64,000 nt of DNA, taken from the NCBI GenBank assembly GCA_963674945.2, contig CAXXWQ010000004.1, positions 2,784,001 through 2,848,000 of the forward strand, read 5' to 3'. A model generated the notes under the pieces. That model saw only the letters and a list, made by a program, of their open reading frames with translations, had not been told where the DNA came from and searched no databases. This document shows positions 27,470 to 37,432 of this stretch, in pieces. The stretch comes from an uncultured Desulfosarcina sp. GTDB taxonomy: Bacteria; Desulfobacterota; Desulfobacteria; Desulfobacterales; Desulfosarcinaceae. Positions within the stretch are counted from its first letter, which is position 1. Every line of letters begins with the position of its first letter. A program made the translations under genes and the position numbers.

Positions 27470-27659
27470 GATTTCGTTTCCTGCACTTTTAATGGGTATC
27501 GGCCAATCGCTCGATTTCGATTAAAACAAAATTCGTGCTTGTTTCAAGAAAAAACCCCAAGGAAGCGTTTCCTTCATCGTGTCGATCTGGTAAAAAGCAT
27601 TTGGTGGAAAGATAATGGATACGATGATCGAAAGGAGATTCGTCATAATGGGATCGAAG

Positions 27660-28730
27660 ATGCATAGAAACAGACTCGCCATTTGCGTATTGATGTCGTT
27701 GGTCATTTGGATTTCGTTGGTGACAATGTCCCACGCGCGCACCTATCCCCACATCGTCGCCTTCGGCGACAGCCTCACCGACCATCATGGATTGCAATAC
27801 TACCTGGAGCCCTATGTCGGGTTATACGATCCGGTGACCAATCCCGACGGCGTGCTCGAGGTATGGTCCAACGGCGACGTCTGGGTGGAGTACCTGGCCG
27901 ACGACTGGGATGCGACCCTGGAAAACAACGCCATCGCCGGCGCCATGACCCGGGGACATGAAAATGGAACGGTTCAGGATTATGTGGACAGCGGCTTGTT
28001 GCCACCGCTGGGCCTGGTGGGGCAGGTGGACCGATATGTGGACGCCGACCCCGCATTCGAGCCCGATAGCACCTTGTTCACCATCTGGATCGGCGCCAAC
28101 GACATCCTGGAGTTCGACAAGGGGGATACGGAGTATCCCGATATTTCATCGTTGGTCGAATCGGCGATGCACCGCATCACCAACAGCGTCATCCAGCTAC
28201 ACGATGCAGGCGCCGCGAACTTTTTGATCCTGAACCTGCCGGATATCGGACGCACCCCGGAATACCTCGACACGCCGGAAGCGGCCGCATTGGTCACGGG
28301 ATACGTTCAAGCCTATAACGACGCACTCATCGATGTGATTGCGGACCTGGAAGGCCAACTGCCGGACATCACCATTTATACCTTCGACATGTTCCAATAT
28401 TTGATGGAACTGATTCAAGGCGGGGCCTTTGTCAACGTTACCGGCACCTACATGGAACTGGATGAGGATAACGTCAACGGCGATGCCGCGGACTACCTTT
28501 TCTGGGACAGCATCCATCCCACGACCCGGGCACATGGGATGTTCGCCGAATCCGTATCAGACACCCTTTTTCCCGAAGGCGATGCGGATGACGATGATTT
28601 CTGTTTTATCCGCACCATCGGAGATGACGTCGGCGCGATGCCATCGGTTGCCGCGGGTGGCGCACTCATCGCCCTATTTCTGGTAATGATGGTTCAAATG
28701 GGGAGGCGTTTTTCGGCGGGTCGTCAGTGA
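27660..28730 (+). CDS. Exported SGNH/GDSL hydrolase with CFI-type C-terminal anchor
   Basis: Signal peptide; FGDSLTD, WSNGDVW, WIGAND and FWDSIHPT blocks; tail DDDDFCFIRT + TM + RR. Confidence 0.9.
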   Translation: MHRNRLAICVLMSLVIWISLVTMSHARTYPHIVAFGDSLTDHHGLQYYLEPYVGLYDPVTNPDGVLEVWSNGDVWVEYLADDWDATLENNAIAGAMTRGHENGTVQDYVDSGLLPPLGLVGQVDRYVDADPAFEPDSTLFTIWIGANDILEFDKGDTEYPDISSLVESAMHRITNSVIQLHDAGAANFLILNLPDIGRTPEYLDTPEAAALVTGYVQAYNDALIDVIADLEGQLPDITIYTFDMFQYLMELIQGGAFVNVTGTYMELDEDNVNGDAADYLFWDSIHPTTRAHGMFAESVSDTLFPEGDADDDDFCFIRTIGDDVGAMPSVAAGGALIALFLVMMVQMGRRFSAGRQ

Positions 28731-31606
28731 GTGTGATCCGGTTGATGTTCCAAGGATAACACTTTTCGCGTAAATTGACCCTTTTTTGATTTCGTTTGTC
28801 GGGAAGCGCCTGCGATTTCGGCCGCCCGATCCAGCGTTTCGCGAACGACCTTTAATAGTTCCACCAGGGAATAGGGCTTTCCCACGAATCCCTGTGCCCG
28901 CTCTACGAGGTCCGCCTTTTGGCGGCCTTCGGGGGCGTCGCCGGAGGCGATCAGGACGGGAACATCGCGGTCGACATCGCGTAATTCTGCAAGGAATTGC
29001 GACCCATCCATTTTCGGCATGTTCAAGTCGAGAACGATCAAATCGATGGAATCGCTCGATTGGCGGTATAGATCCAGGGCCGCCTGGCCATCAACGGTCT
29101 CGATGACCCGATATCCGTACCCCTCCAGGAGTTCACGACCCAATTGACGAATGAGAGGTTCATCATCCACGATCAGGATGGTTTCCTTCCCGCCGCGAAT
29201 GTTCCATTGATCTTCCGATTCTTCCTTTTGATGAGACACCTTTTTCGCCGCAGGCAGGTAAATGGTAAATGTCGTTCCCCGACCGGGTGTACTGGAGCAG
29301 TGTATGATTCCGTTGTGATTTTTGATGATGCCGTAGACCATGGCCAATCCAAGACCGGTTCCCGAACCGGGCTCGCGGGTGGTAAAAAACGGCTCGAAAA
29401 TACGGACGCGGGTTGCTTCATCCATCCCGATACCGGTGTCCGATATGGCGAGCATGGCATGGGGACCGGGTTTGGCACCGAAGTGCTGCCGGCAAAATGC
29501 GTCACCCAGGATGATACTTCGGGTTTCGATGCGAAGGGTTCCGCCATCGGGCATGGCATGGCCGGCATTGATGGAAAGGTTCATCAGGACCTGTTCGAAC
29601 TGGACGGGGTCCGCCGTTGCGATGGGCAGGTCATCGGCCAGGTCCAGCTGAATATCGATGATGCGCGGCAATGTGCGCCGGAGAAGTTTCGTCACCGACT
29701 GCAGTTGGTGATTTAAATCCAATGGCGTCAGCTTGCTTTCGATTTTACGGCTGAAGGTGAGCAACTGTTGCGTAAGCTCACGGGCATGATCGCAGCTGTG
29801 CTGGATGGTGGCCAGCATTTCCTTTTGCCGGTTGGCGCCATATTCTTCCATCAACAAGAGCTGTGTGTACCCGGAAATGGCCTGCAGGCTGTTGTTGAAA
29901 TCGTGGGCGATGCCCCCGGCCAACGTTCCGATGGCATCCATTTTTTGGGATTGCAGCAGTTGTGACTCCATTCGGCGCAAGGCGCTTTCCGCTGCACGCT
30001 GATCCGTGATATCCAGACCGGCACCCACCATAAACGTCACCTCGCCGTCCGCTCCCCGCATGATGGTGTTGGACCATTGGATCAGGCGCCAATCGCCATC
30101 CTTTTTCACCCAATGGTTGGTATGCCGATTCGCCGTTTGGGTCCGAAAAACCGAATCGAAGGATCGTTGCAGATCCTCTTTTTCCTCTTCCGGAATCAGA
30201 CGGTCGAGGAGCAGTTCTCCCAAGACCTCCTCCTGGCGATACCCGCTGCACGCTTCACAGGCACGGTTGAAAATGACAATCCGTCCCTTCAGATCCAGAA
30301 CGATGACCAACGCCTCCACCGAAGAGATAATGAACTTGTTGAAATCCCTTACTTGTTGCAGGGAGAGGGAAGTCTCGCGGTGCCGTGACACCTCGGCCGT
30401 CAGATCGTCGTGGGAGGTTTGCAGCCGTTCCAAAAAATCGTTGAATATACGTCCCAGGCGACCGATTTCATCTTCGGACTCGTTGATCACCCGTGCGCTC
30501 AGGTCGCCCTGGCGCCTCTTGTTGATGACCGCCATAAGGTGACGGAGACGCCGGGTAATGGAGTTGCTGACCAGCAGGGTCATCATCGTGCTCAATCCGA
30601 TGGCGGCGGCGACAAAAAGGATCGTCAGATCCCGGACCTTTCGGATGGGTGAATTGATTTCCGCCACATCTCCTGTGGATCCGACGATCCATTCATACTC
30701 GGGGATATATCCGAACACCGCGATCTTTTCCCGGGCTTCGGTGTCGCCCGGATTTTTCCAGCGATAGGTGATCTGACCGGATTTTTTCGCTGCAATGCGC
30801 TTGAAAAACGAATGGTTCTCACTGGTGACGTCATAAAAGTTCTGACCTTCCAACTCCGGGTGGACGATGATGTTACCGTTAATGTCGGCCACGAAGACAT
30901 ACCCGCTCTCACCGAAGGTCAGGGCCTTTATACTGGACCGGATCTCTTCCATGGGAAGTAACGCAAGGAACTCGTCGCGGTAGGTGGAGACGGAGATAAT
31001 CCAGTCATAGGGGGCAAAATAGGTCATGTAGAGGGCCTTGGGCCGCATAACCTGCTCGCCCGGATTTTTCCATTGGTATTCGATGTATCCGGTCTTTAGG
31101 CGGGTCTGTTTGCGAACGAATTCAAAATTGAGTCTGTTTTCTCCCTCCAGCTGTTCGTTGGGATGTACCGTGGCCACCCCCTTGCTGTCGATGCAGTAGA
31201 TGTATCCGGTTTTTCCGATGGTCTGCTCCAGAAAAACACGGCGCATCTCCCTTCGCGCCTCGGCGTCCGTTATCTCTCCCGCAAGAAAACGGTTGTGGAT
31301 CTTATGGGCGATTTCGAGGTTCTTTTCCGCCACGGCGCGCAGATAATTGGTGATGGAACCTTGTACCGCGGTTTCCACCATGTTGACGATGGTCTGGGTG
31401 CCAAAGCGCAGATCGTCTTCGATATGGTGTTGAACGGCACCCTTGATGGTAAAAAGGGCCGCCGCCCCTCCGAAGGAGAAGAGAACCGCCGTCAACCCAA
31501 GATAGGCAAAAAGAAGCTTCGTGCGAAGACGAAAACTACCAAATCCTGTTCTTTTTCGCACGAGGTCTCCTGCTTTCGAGGTTCGGTTGTTCAATGTGCT
31601 TTTCAT
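28724..31606 (-). CDS. Hybrid sensor histidine kinase (Cache-Cache-HAMP-PAS-HisKA-HATPase-REC)
   Basis: Two TM helices around duplicated Cache-like repeats (GYIYCID..HPN / GYVFVAD..HPE; Y.WKNPG twice); AHDFNN, FEPFFTT and GTGLGL; REC (IVDDE, LDLNMP, KPY). Confidence 0.92.
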   Translation of the reverse strand: MKSTLNNRTSKAGDLVRKRTGFGSFRLRTKLLFAYLGLTAVLFSFGGAAALFTIKGAVQHHIEDDLRFGTQTIVNMVETAVQGSITNYLRAVAEKNLEIAHKIHNRFLAGEITDAEARREMRRVFLEQTIGKTGYIYCIDSKGVATVHPNEQLEGENRLNFEFVRKQTRLKTGYIEYQWKNPGEQVMRPKALYMTYFAPYDWIISVSTYRDEFLALLPMEEIRSSIKALTFGESGYVFVADINGNIIVHPELEGQNFYDVTSENHSFFKRIAAKKSGQITYRWKNPGDTEAREKIAVFGYIPEYEWIVGSTGDVAEINSPIRKVRDLTILFVAAAIGLSTMMTLLVSNSITRRLRHLMAVINKRRQGDLSARVINESEDEIGRLGRIFNDFLERLQTSHDDLTAEVSRHRETSLSLQQVRDFNKFIISSVEALVIVLDLKGRIVIFNRACEACSGYRQEEVLGELLLDRLIPEEEKEDLQRSFDSVFRTQTANRHTNHWVKKDGDWRLIQWSNTIMRGADGEVTFMVGAGLDITDQRAAESALRRMESQLLQSQKMDAIGTLAGGIAHDFNNSLQAISGYTQLLLMEEYGANRQKEMLATIQHSCDHARELTQQLLTFSRKIESKLTPLDLNHQLQSVTKLLRRTLPRIIDIQLDLADDLPIATADPVQFEQVLMNLSINAGHAMPDGGTLRIETRSIILGDAFCRQHFGAKPGPHAMLAISDTGIGMDEATRVRIFEPFFTTREPGSGTGLGLAMVYGIIKNHNGIIHCSSTPGRGTTFTIYLPAAKKVSHQKEESEDQWNIRGGKETILIVDDEPLIRQLGRELLEGYGYRVIETVDGQAALDLYRQSSDSIDLIVLDLNMPKMDGSQFLAELRDVDRDVPVLIASGDAPEGRQKADLVERAQGFVGKPYSLVELLKVVRETLDRAAEIAGASRQTKSKKGQFTRKVLSLEHQPDHTH

Positions 31607-31788
31607 GGGCGACCATTTTTCGAACGCCGATCGTCATCGTCGGATTTCGCCACAGGGACGATACTATGCTTATTGGTCACGTTTACTATTAACTTTACTA
31701 CTTTGTAAAAAGCTTTTCCAGGCCAATTACGGCCGGACAGTAAATCATTCTTCCGTTACTCGGCCGATGGCGTAACGGTAAAAGCGTT

Positions 31789-32817
31789 TTAGGGAAAACC
31801 GGTCAGCCAGACACCGTTTCGAAGGCGCCACAAAAGGGCCGGCCCGACGGTGAGCAGGGTGAACCCGATCAGGGCGGTGGTGACACGTACGGCGGATCGG
31901 CGGCTGCGGATTCGGACTGGATGGGCAAGCGTCGGATGCCGGGTGCCCATTGTGCCAGCCAGCCCGGTGTCGATGCTTTCCACGAGGACGACCGCCAGGC
32001 AACCGAATATAAGAAATCCGGCACCTCGGTACTGGGGCAGAAACAGGCACCATGGGCAAGGGTGGGACAAGACCTGGTAGTAGTAGGCGGACCAGACCCG
32101 CTTCACGGAAAACATCGACCCGACGCCCCACAATATGGCGACGGCCGGCCACAGAAAACCGGAATGGCGGTCGGGAGAGCGGATGGCCGAGGCCGCCAGA
32201 AACAGCAATACGGCCGTTCCCGCCAGTTGGATAAAAATAGCAGCGGGTTCGCGCCACCGGGCGGACGCGGACATACCATCCGCAACCCTGTCGTATACTG
32301 CGGCACAGCAACTTACCGTGGGTACGGCGGCGACATTCATCCACGCCTGCCATGTGAAAAGAAGGGCCGGCAACAGAAAGGGGGCGGCAAGGAGAAGGAA
32401 GCGGGCGTTGACGGATGCCAACCTGCCTTGCGGATGGTGGCGATCCAGGTCGTCCAACACCCGCCAGCCGTAGAGAAGGACGAGCGCGGCACCCCAGAAA
32501 AAGATAGCCCGGCCGCCGTGGACACCGGTTGCCTGGAGCACCCCGGTACCGCACATGGCACCGGGGATGATCCGGTGCCAGATACGGGTAATCCCCACCA
32601 GGGCAACGATGGCCGCAATCGCCAGGCAGCCGAAGGCCCAACGTCCGAGAAGGGACGCCGTCTGGGCATGGCGTTCCCGTCGGAGCTGCGCCGCGTCCAA
32701 AGCCGATGGATCCCATCCGATCACCACCGCAATGGCGCGGACGGCGCCGACGAGGTAGAGCAGCGCGCCGGTCGCCGCGACCGCCCAAAAGGCCCAGGAG
32801 AATGGATGCCAGATCAC
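31789..32817 (-). CDS. Polytopic membrane protein with conserved-looking Cys/His motifs
   Basis: Multiple TM segments; PGAMCGTG, VSCC and SHPCPWC motifs; GTGA overlap with the upstream ATPase. Confidence 0.75.
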   Translation of the reverse strand: MIWHPFSWAFWAVAATGALLYLVGAVRAIAVVIGWDPSALDAAQLRRERHAQTASLLGRWAFGCLAIAAIVALVGITRIWHRIIPGAMCGTGVLQATGVHGGRAIFFWGAALVLLYGWRVLDDLDRHHPQGRLASVNARFLLLAAPFLLPALLFTWQAWMNVAAVPTVSCCAAVYDRVADGMSASARWREPAAIFIQLAGTAVLLFLAASAIRSPDRHSGFLWPAVAILWGVGSMFSVKRVWSAYYYQVLSHPCPWCLFLPQYRGAGFLIFGCLAVVLVESIDTGLAGTMGTRHPTLAHPVRIRSRRSAVRVTTALIGFTLLTVGPALLWRLRNGVWLTGFP

Positions 32818-33518
32818 GAGGGATCCTGCCCTTGTTCTGCTTGAACCGGCGATAATGTTCCCGACGCCAGGCGAAATCGCCGCTGGTTTGCGTTGGACGA
32901 GCGAAGACGCGGATCATGGGACCCGATGACCACCACGGCACCATCTCCGGCGGCGTCATGGAGAAGCGTTTCGATCTGCCGGGTGTGCCGGTCGTCCTGA
33001 AAGGCGGTGGGCTCGTCGACAAAAAGAAACCGGGGACGGGTCACCAGTGCCCGTGCCACGGCCAGGCGCTGCTGCTGGCCACCGGAAAGAGCCATGGTCT
33101 TTGTTTGGGCCAAGCCCGATAGATCCAACGCTTCGAGAACCCCTTGGATTTTTTTCTGCATCTTTTTGAATGCAAGGGATTTGGGAATCAGGGGCACCAG
33201 CAGGTTCTCCGCCGCGGTGAGATCCGCCACCAACGCCAGGTGTTGAAATACGATGCCCATTTGCTTCCGCCACCGATCCCGGTGGTGGGGCGACCACCGG
33301 GACACCGGCTTTCCATCGGCCCACACCTCGCCCGCCGTCGGGCGCAGCAGGCTCGCTAGAATATGCAAAAGGGTGCTCTTTCCCGCACCGGTATCGCCGG
33401 TGATCAACGTTACCGAACCCGGCGGAAACGTCGCCTCCACGGAGGACAACAAGGACGGCACCCCTGCCTGCCATCGGAACTCCAGGCGGCGGCAGGCCAG
33501 CCCATGCTTCAGTTCCAT
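32814..33518 (-). CDS. ABC transporter ATP-binding protein (LolD/FtsE-like)
   Basis: GDTGAGKST, VFQ, LSGGQQQR, DEPT and SHD motifs; start MELKHG overlaps the permease stop. Confidence 0.9.
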   Translation of the reverse strand: MELKHGLACRRLEFRWQAGVPSLLSSVEATFPPGSVTLITGDTGAGKSTLLHILASLLRPTAGEVWADGKPVSRWSPHHRDRWRKQMGIVFQHLALVADLTAAENLLVPLIPKSLAFKKMQKKIQGVLEALDLSGLAQTKTMALSGGQQQRLAVARALVTRPRFLFVDEPTAFQDDRHTRQIETLLHDAAGDGAVVVIGSHDPRLRSSNANQRRFRLASGTLSPVQAEQGQDPS

Positions 33519-34666
33519 GGATTCACCTGCGTGTGGGGACCAGGATCGCCGGTGGCCAGGCGGAGACTGGACAGAAAAACGGTGGCCAGATAGGGAAGTC
33601 CCACCATGGCGACGACCTGTATCAACATCGTGGGCACGCCCTTTGCCGACAGAAATAGGGCCGGTAATTGTTGCCCGCCGGTAACCCAGTGGGCCAAAAG
33701 GGCGGCGGACGGCGGGTGAAAGACCATGACATAGGCCCCGAAGATGCCAAGGGCCAGTGCAGGTCCACCGATGACCAACGCCTTGGCCATCTGAAAAGAG
33801 AGAATGTTTTCGGTGGTCCACCCCAGGGCTTTCATGAGCCCCCACTGGTGACGCTGGGCGTTTTGAAAGGCGAATGTGCCGGCGATGATGTACAGCATCG
33901 CCAGCATCGCCGGAATCCAGGCCACGAGGGTGATTCCACCGATTTGAATGATGTGTGTGTGCTGTCGAACAAGGTGGGTGCTCAAATCGGTGATGCGAAC
34001 GGGCCAGGGGAAGGCGGCGGCCAGATCGGCCTGGATCGCCTTCTCCTCTTCCCGGCGAAACAGATGAACGGCCAGATCGCTAGCTTGCCCCGGCTTCAAC
34101 CCCAGCACGGCGCGGGCGTCTTCGGGAGACAACCAGACCAGGTCATGGGTGACCAGGCCGGAATTCTCGGGAAATCGCCCCGTAATCGTAAAAGAGACAG
34201 GCTCCGGCGTATACAATACCAGTCGACCGTCCGGGGCGTCACCAAAGATCCCCTGACCCACGACGGCCTGGCCCGGGGAAGGGGGATGGATACCATCGCC
34301 GATGGGTCGGGAAAGCCATCGGAGAGAGGAGACCAGTGTCACCGGGCCGCCGGAACCCATGGCCACCCCCCAGATTCGCGGCGTCGGGTCCAAGGCACCG
34401 GCAACGGCCTCGGCGCAGGCAACCGCCTGATCTGCCGGCAGGGGTGCCCAGCCGCCTGCGTCGATGCGACGGACCACCAGATCCGGAGCGTGATTCATCA
34501 ACGCTTGTCGCGTGGCATCCATTGCCTGTGTGAACAGCAGCACGGTCGCTACCATGAAAACCAGAACAGACAGACTAAAGAAAAGAAGCAGGCTGCTACC
34601 CCCTTGCCGTTGGATATCGCGGGCGGCCCAGATGACCATGGGAAGATATCGCGCACCGAATCTCAT
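33509..34666 (-). CDS. FtsX/MacB(LolC/E)-type ABC permease
   Basis: One N-terminal TM, a large periplasmic region and three C-terminal TMs with WGLMKALGWT; ATG at 34666 overlaps the upstream TGA. Confidence 0.82.
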   Translation of the reverse strand: MRFGARYLPMVIWAARDIQRQGGSSLLLFFSLSVLVFMVATVLLFTQAMDATRQALMNHAPDLVVRRIDAGGWAPLPADQAVACAEAVAGALDPTPRIWGVAMGSGGPVTLVSSLRWLSRPIGDGIHPPSPGQAVVGQGIFGDAPDGRLVLYTPEPVSFTITGRFPENSGLVTHDLVWLSPEDARAVLGLKPGQASDLAVHLFRREEEKAIQADLAAAFPWPVRITDLSTHLVRQHTHIIQIGGITLVAWIPAMLAMLYIIAGTFAFQNAQRHQWGLMKALGWTTENILSFQMAKALVIGGPALALGIFGAYVMVFHPPSAALLAHWVTGGQQLPALFLSAKGVPTMLIQVVAMVGLPYLATVFLSSLRLATGDPGPHTQVNPWN

Positions 34667-34947
34667 GGTTCGATCTCCGGTACGGGGATCAACCGCAGGT
34701 CCACACCCGGGTGAAGGGTTTCCGGACTGCGCTTGGGGCTGCCGGCGGGCCACAGGGCCGTTTCGCTGAGGGAAAAGGTTTTTATCGCCAACACCGCGCT
34801 TTCGGGGCCGGGCGAACGCAACCAAAGGTGCGTGCCGATGGCCACCATCACCAGGAGGCAAAACCCGGTGGAACCGTACAAGAGCCATTGGGCGAAACGA
34901 CATGGCGCAGGAGGTGAATCTTTTTTTTTCATCGGTAGTGATTTCAT
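34663..34947 (-). CDS. Small single-TM hypothetical protein
   Basis: One hydrophobic helix followed by PAGSPKRSPE..HPGVDLR; translationally coupled to the permease. Confidence 0.55.
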   Translation of the reverse strand: MKSLPMKKKDSPPAPCRFAQWLLYGSTGFCLLVMVAIGTHLWLRSPGPESAVLAIKTFSLSETALWPAGSPKRSPETLHPGVDLRLIPVPEIEP

Positions 34948-34987
34948 GGTAGGCACTTTTCGGGCCGCGGCGATTATCGGTTCCCAT

Positions 34988-35575
34988 TCAGAAATGGCAC
35001 ATGTGCCATTTCTGTGTGGGCACTTTGGCCGGCAGCGCATGGTTACTGATCCGCCGCCACAAGTCATCGTCCAACTGGTCGAAGGTGAAGACGTGTCGTC
35101 CCCCGTGACGCGCCTTGAAGGTGGCCAGTTGTGATGCATCACCCAACGCGATGATGGCCGGGCCCATGGGGCCCACCACGTCGGATCCGGCCACCCACGT
35201 GGCCTTTCGTCCGTTTATGGGTGCACCGGAAAAATAGTCCAAGACCACCAGGCGATCGATACTGTCACGGGTTTTACCCAGATAGATACCCGGTCGAAGC
35301 CAAGAGCGGAGAAGACATCCATTGGTGCAAAAGTAAAAGGTCTCACCACTCGCAAGGGTCATGGCCGCCGCCGTTTGGGGGTAGCGAGCCGGAAACATGG
35401 CACACACCGGGCATCGATCGGACTCGCTCGGGTTCAACGCGCCGTCTGCGGACAGGGATTGTTCTGCCGGTGCCGGTCCGCCTTGGGCGGCACCGGCAGT
35501 TCCGACGCAAAATACAAACATCATCGCAAAAAAAATGTTCAAGATGTTTTTTGTTGCCGATGAGAATACACTCAC
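34988..35575 (-). CDS. NosL-family metal (copper) chaperone-like exported protein
   Basis: CPVCAM, FCTNGC, DYFSG and GSDVVGPMG motifs typical of NosL; signal-like segment; probable GTG start at 35575 with GGAAGGA upstream (start uncertain). Confidence 0.85.
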   Translation of the reverse strand: MSVFSSATKNILNIFFAMMFVFCVGTAGAAQGGPAPAEQSLSADGALNPSESDRCPVCAMFPARYPQTAAAMTLASGETFYFCTNGCLLRSWLRPGIYLGKTRDSIDRLVVLDYFSGAPINGRKATWVAGSDVVGPMGPAIIALGDASQLATFKARHGGRHVFTFDQLDDDLWRRISNHALPAKVPTQKWHMCHF

Positions 35576-35755
35576 GCTGTTGTTCTTCCTTCCCACCCCC
35601 CGAAAGACAGGGTGAGCGCCGTTCCGACGCGAAAAAAGTGGATTGGCGACGACGCCAGAAGAGATGGCAAGTGTATCCATTTTTTGGCCAAACCGCAAGT
35701 CGTTCCGGTGCCGGATCTATTGACTTCAATGTTTTGCCGGCGTACTTCAATGTAA

Positions 35756-36460
35756 ATGACACCTGCCATCGATCCGACGATAGACGTGATGGGCCTGTTC
35801 ATGCTGGGCCTTATGGGAACCGGTCACTGCATCGGCATGTGCGGCCCTCTGGTGGTGGCCCTGCCGGGGCAGACAGGACGATTTTCCGCCCATCTTTTTT
35901 ACCATGCCGGCCGATTGATCACCTACGGGGTGATCGGGGGGATCATGGGGGGCGTTGGAAGCGGATTGATTCGAATGGCGGCGGGCCTGGGCGCCGATCC
36001 CATGGCATGGATGATCCGGACACAGGTGGGGCTTAGCCTTCTTGCGGCAATTTTCCTGTTTCTGCTTGGACTGTCCCGCCTGGGCTTCGTCAGCGAACCT
36101 CAGTGGCTCAGCATCGCCGCACCCAACCGAATTCCCGGGTGGCGGAAACTCATGTCCAAGAAGGGCCATCGGCGCAGCGACGGGGATCTTTTTCTCATGG
36201 GATTGCTTTTGGGCGGCCTTCCCTGCGGATTGTCCTACGCCGCCTTTACCAAGTCCATGGCGAATGCGCAGATACCGTCCGGCGCGTTGTTGGCCTTCGT
36301 ATTCGGCCTTGGGACCCTGCCCGGACTCCTGGCCATCGGTGCCGGCGCGGCGGCCATGATGCGGCGATACAGACAACACACCGAGATCGCGTCCGGTTTG
36401 ATCATGATCGGCATGGCCGCCATGTTGCTCGTCAAGGTGATGGAGGCCATGGGAGGATAA
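35756..36460 (+). CDS. DsbD_2 / TauE-SafE-like membrane protein (HCxxMC and LPCG motifs)
   Basis: GHCIGMCGP, GRLITY, GLPCGLSY and FGLGTLP; six or seven TM helices; divergent from nosL. Confidence 0.85.
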   Translation: MTPAIDPTIDVMGLFMLGLMGTGHCIGMCGPLVVALPGQTGRFSAHLFYHAGRLITYGVIGGIMGGVGSGLIRMAAGLGADPMAWMIRTQVGLSLLAAIFLFLLGLSRLGFVSEPQWLSIAAPNRIPGWRKLMSKKGHRRSDGDLFLMGLLLGGLPCGLSYAAFTKSMANAQIPSGALLAFVFGLGTLPGLLAIGAGAAAMMRRYRQHTEIASGLIMIGMAAMLLVKVMEAMGG

Positions 36461-36500
36461 AGGAAAATTACCGTGGGTGCCGTGGGCCGCGTATGGTTGG

Positions 36501-36544
36501 ATACGTCGCAGTGACGCAGATTTCGGGCTTTTTACGATGCCGTC
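36501..36544 (+). repeat. Partial copy (right end) of the 10305-10428 element
   Basis: ATACGTCGCAGTGACG...TTCGGGCTTTTTACGATGCCGTC; overlaps the stop codon of the TIM-barrel gene. Confidence 0.78.
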
Positions 36545-37380
36545 AACCCCGCAGACCGCAACATGGGCAGCAGGTGGGCCAGGCTCCGGCTTCCGGCCTC
36601 TTCGGGCCGGTCGGTATAAGGGTAAAGCTCCAGACTCATGTCACAATTGTAGCCAAGGCGTTTCATGGCAGCGAATACCGACGGAAAGTCGATGGCCCCT
36701 TCACCGGCGATGAGGTGGTTGTGCTCCCGGGAGGGGGCGATATCCTCGATGTGAACATGGCCGATCCAGGGAAACAGATCCTCGAAGGCGGTCGCAGGAT
36801 CCTCCCCCGCACAATAGAAGTGGCCGATATCGAAGTTGATGCCAACGACGGGTGATTGGATTTCCGCAACGAAGGGCTTGATCTCACCGGTTCGTTCCAT
36901 GAGAAGGTCCGGTTCCGGTTCGATGAGAAGTTTCACCTCCAATGCCTCGGCTCTGGGCAACACCTGTTCCAGCCCCCGATGAAACAGATCAAGGGCCTGT
37001 TTTCGGGTCATGTTGGCGGGCAATGGCCCTCCCGGTGGCACCGAGATGTTTCGGCAGCCGATGAAGGCCGCGATGTCCAGGCATGCCAGGGTATGGTCCA
37101 CACGCATCTGCCGGCGATGTGCCTCCGGTTCGATCCAGGATGGCAGATAGGTATCCCCCACGGCAAAAAGGGTAAAGCTGTTGAGATTCGTGGGCGCCAG
37201 ACCATTTTTTTCAAGGGAGGATTTCACCTCTTCCAGCCGTTTGGCATCGTACTCTGGTGGGTAAAGGTGAGGCTGGTCGCACATGATCTCCACGCCGGAA
37301 AATCCAAGCCCGGCAATGCGGTCCAATGACGCCAGTAGAGAATACTTGACAAAGGCATTCGTGCTGTAACCAAAAATCAT
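36532..37380 (-). CDS. Sugar phosphate isomerase/epimerase (xylose-isomerase-like TIM barrel)
   Basis: GYSTNAF, IEPEP, NFDIGH, HVHIEDI, GEGAIDF and SLELY metal-binding motifs. Confidence 0.88.
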   Translation of the reverse strand: MIFGYSTNAFVKYSLLASLDRIAGLGFSGVEIMCDQPHLYPPEYDAKRLEEVKSSLEKNGLAPTNLNSFTLFAVGDTYLPSWIEPEAHRRQMRVDHTLACLDIAAFIGCRNISVPPGGPLPANMTRKQALDLFHRGLEQVLPRAEALEVKLLIEPEPDLLMERTGEIKPFVAEIQSPVVGINFDIGHFYCAGEDPATAFEDLFPWIGHVHIEDIAPSREHNHLIAGEGAIDFPSVFAAMKRLGYNCDMSLELYPYTDRPEEAGSRSLAHLLPMLRSAGLTAS

Positions 37381-37393
37381 GTTTTTTATCCTT

Positions 37394-37432
37394 GCCGGCT
37401 TCGCGAAAAGCCCGATATCTGCGTTACGCTTC
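37394..37432 (-). repeat. Partial inverted copy (right end) of the 10305-10428 element
   Basis: 35/39 identity to the reverse complement of 10390-10428; contains the ino1 stop codon. Confidence 0.82.

Noticed and set aside
34988..35575. Calling a nitrous oxide reduction (nos) operon
   Set aside because: Only a NosL-family gene is present; there is no nosZ, nosR or nosD, and the ABC is FtsX/MacB-type rather than NosFY.
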